Positions 62,774 through 64,000 of a stretch of DNA of 64,000 nt are shown here, piece after piece. A model generated the notes under the pieces. It was given only the letters and a program-made list of their open reading frames with translations. It made no database searches and was not told the origin of the DNA. The stretch's first letter is position 1. Every line of letters begins with the position of its first letter. Location of the stretch: the NCBI GenBank assembly GCA_001915025.1, contig MNDR01000010.1, forward strand, positions 948 to 64,947, read 5' to 3'. The position numbers were made by a program, and so were the translations under genes. Source of the stretch: Gemmatimonadetes bacterium 13_2_20CM_2_65_7. GTDB taxonomy: Bacteria; Gemmatimonadota; Gemmatimonadetes; Gemmatimonadales; GWC2-71-9.

Positions 62774-64000
62774 GGGCTGAATTCCGTGTCGATTTGCGCC
62801 CGCTGGAGTGTGCCCGAGTAGTCGACGTAAATCGTCTTTGTCTCCGAATAGAAGTCGTAGACTTCCCACCCGCCTTCGCGATGCCCGTTGCCGGTTTGCT
62901 TCACGCCGCCGAATGGCAGGTGCGCTTCGGCGCCGATTGTCGGCGCGTTCACGTAGGTGATGCCCGTGTCGAGATCCGTCATGGCACGAAACGCGCCGTT
63001 CACGTCGCGCGTGTACAGCGAGCTCGACAGCCCGTACTTCACGTCGTTATTGACGCGGATCGCTTCGGTCAGGTCCTTCGCCTTGATGACCGCGAGCACA
63101 GGGCCGAAAATCTCCTCCTGTTCCACGCGCATCCCAGGCTTCACGCCGGTGAGCACCGTGGGCTCGTAGAACCAGCCGCACTCGAGCCGCCCCCCCTTGT
63201 CGCCCTGCGGAATGCGTCCACCGAGCGCGACACTCGCGCCTTCCTTTTTGGCAATGTCGACGTACTCAGCGACTTTCTGGCGCGCCTCCTCGTGAATCAG
63301 CGGGCCAACTTCAGTCTTCGCGTCGAGCCCGGGACCGAGCCGCAACTTGCCGGCGCGGGCGGTCAGCATCTGCAAGAACTTGTCGTGGATTTTTTCGTGG
63401 AGGATAAGGCGGCTGGTTGCGGTGCAGCGCTGGCCGGTCGTGCCGAACGCTCCCCACAGCACACCGTCGAGCGCGAGGTCGAGATCGGCGTCCTCCATTA
63501 CCATCATCGCGTTCTTGCCGCCCATCTCGAGCGAGAGCCGCTTGTGCATCTTCCCGCAGGTCGCGCCGATCGACGCCCCCGTCTCCGTCGATCCGGTGAA
63601 GGAGATCACGGGAACATCGGGATGCTCCACGAGCGCGCGACCGACGACCGAGCCCTGGCCGTGGACGAGCTGGACGACTTCCGGCGGGAGCCCTGCCTCG
63701 AGCAAGACCTCGACGAGGAGATGCGCCGTGTGGGGGACGTCCTCGGCGGGCTTGAAGATCACCGCGTTTCCGCACAGTAACGCCGGAAACATCTTCCAGG
63801 TCGGAATCGCGAGCGGAAAATTGAACGGCGTGATGAGGCCGGCGATGCCGATCGGGCGCCGATAGCTCATCGCCCACTTGTTACGCAGCTCCGACGGCAC
63901 CACGCGACCGAACAATCGCCTGCCTTCGGTCGCCGCATAGAATGCGGTGTCGATCCCCTCCTGCACGTCGCCGCCCGTCTCGGCGAGAACCTTCCCCATC
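62770..64000 (-). CDS. Aldehyde dehydrogenase family protein (5' part outside the window)
   Basis: ITPFNFP, FKPAED, FTGS, LEMGGKN, GQRCTA, EEIFGP, PFGGVKQTG. Confidence 0.95.
   Translation of the reverse strand, partial: MGKVLAETGGDVQEGIDTAFYAATEGRRLFGRVVPSELRNKWAMSYRRPIGIAGLITPFNFPLAIPTWKMFPALLCGNAVIFKPAEDVPHTAHLLVEVLLEAGLPPEVVQLVHGQGSVVGRALVEHPDVPVISFTGSTETGASIGATCGKMHKRLSLEMGGKNAMMVMEDADLDLALDGVLWGAFGTTGQRCTATSRLILHEKIHDKFLQMLTARAGKLRLGPGLDAKTEVGPLIHEEARQKVAEYVDIAKKEGASVALGGRIPQGDKGGRLECGWFYEPTVLTGVKPGMRVEQEEIFGPVLAVIKAKDLTEAIRVNNDVKYGLSSSLYTRDVNGAFRAMTDLDTGITYVNAPTIGAEAHLPFGGVKQTGNGHREGGWEVYDFYSETKTIYVDYSGTLQRAQIDTEFSP

Noticed and set aside
1..64000. Numerous long antisense/alternate-frame ORFs in the track (e.g. 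2997..4439 +, 24417..26786 -, 36007..37626 +, 55607..56845 +)
   Set aside because: They overlap well-supported genes, lack recognisable motifs, and are the expected shadow ORFs of high-GC codon bias.
1..64000. CRISPR array, tRNA/rRNA, integrase, transposase or prophage
   Set aside because: No spaced direct repeats, cloverleaf sequences or mobile-element motifs were seen; intergenic gaps are short and mostly accounted for.
62770..64000. Aldehyde dehydrogenase as part of the SAM operon
   Set aside because: It lies upstream of the promoter and riboswitch, so it is outside that transcription unit; no functional link can be supported.

Overview
GC-rich, densely coding bacterial chromosome segment. 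Gene order, protein families and short intragenic repeats suggest Gemmatimonadota (inference). Most of it is housekeeping: prs-rplY-pth-ychF; rpsF-rpsR-DUF2232-rplI-rsfS; Omp85/SPOR/SPOR/smc; aroF-lolA; rpmE-prfA-prmC-ylbF-tmk-ctpA; and lepB-sigma70-yajQ-rimO-hemL-spoIID-lnt-hydantoinase A/B. The left end carries an ECF sigma/anti-sigma module, peptidases and a receptor Ser/Thr kinase. I found no rRNA, tRNA, CRISPR array or transposase. The best candidate for an undescribed system is at the right end: a SAM-II riboswitch followed by an intrinsic terminator sits upstream of a tightly coupled operon, panB-like > thrC-like > thrB > MoaD/CysO-like sulfur carrier > moeZ. This looks like a self-contained homocysteine/methionine route via O-phosphohomoserine and a protein thiocarboxylate. 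The PanB paralogue may make the homoserine skeleton from pyruvate plus a folate C1 unit (hypothesis). Other notable items: a Crp / MBL hydrolase / CsgG-TPR / MlaEFD / HD-GYP module whose ABC ATPase lacks its catalytic motifs; three genes that appear to start at non-canonical codons (CTG, GTA, ACG) at gene junctions; an in-frame subtilase::RNase Z-like fusion; a promoter-embedded RBS-sequestering hairpin; and a REP-like palindrome inserted in-frame in a gene.
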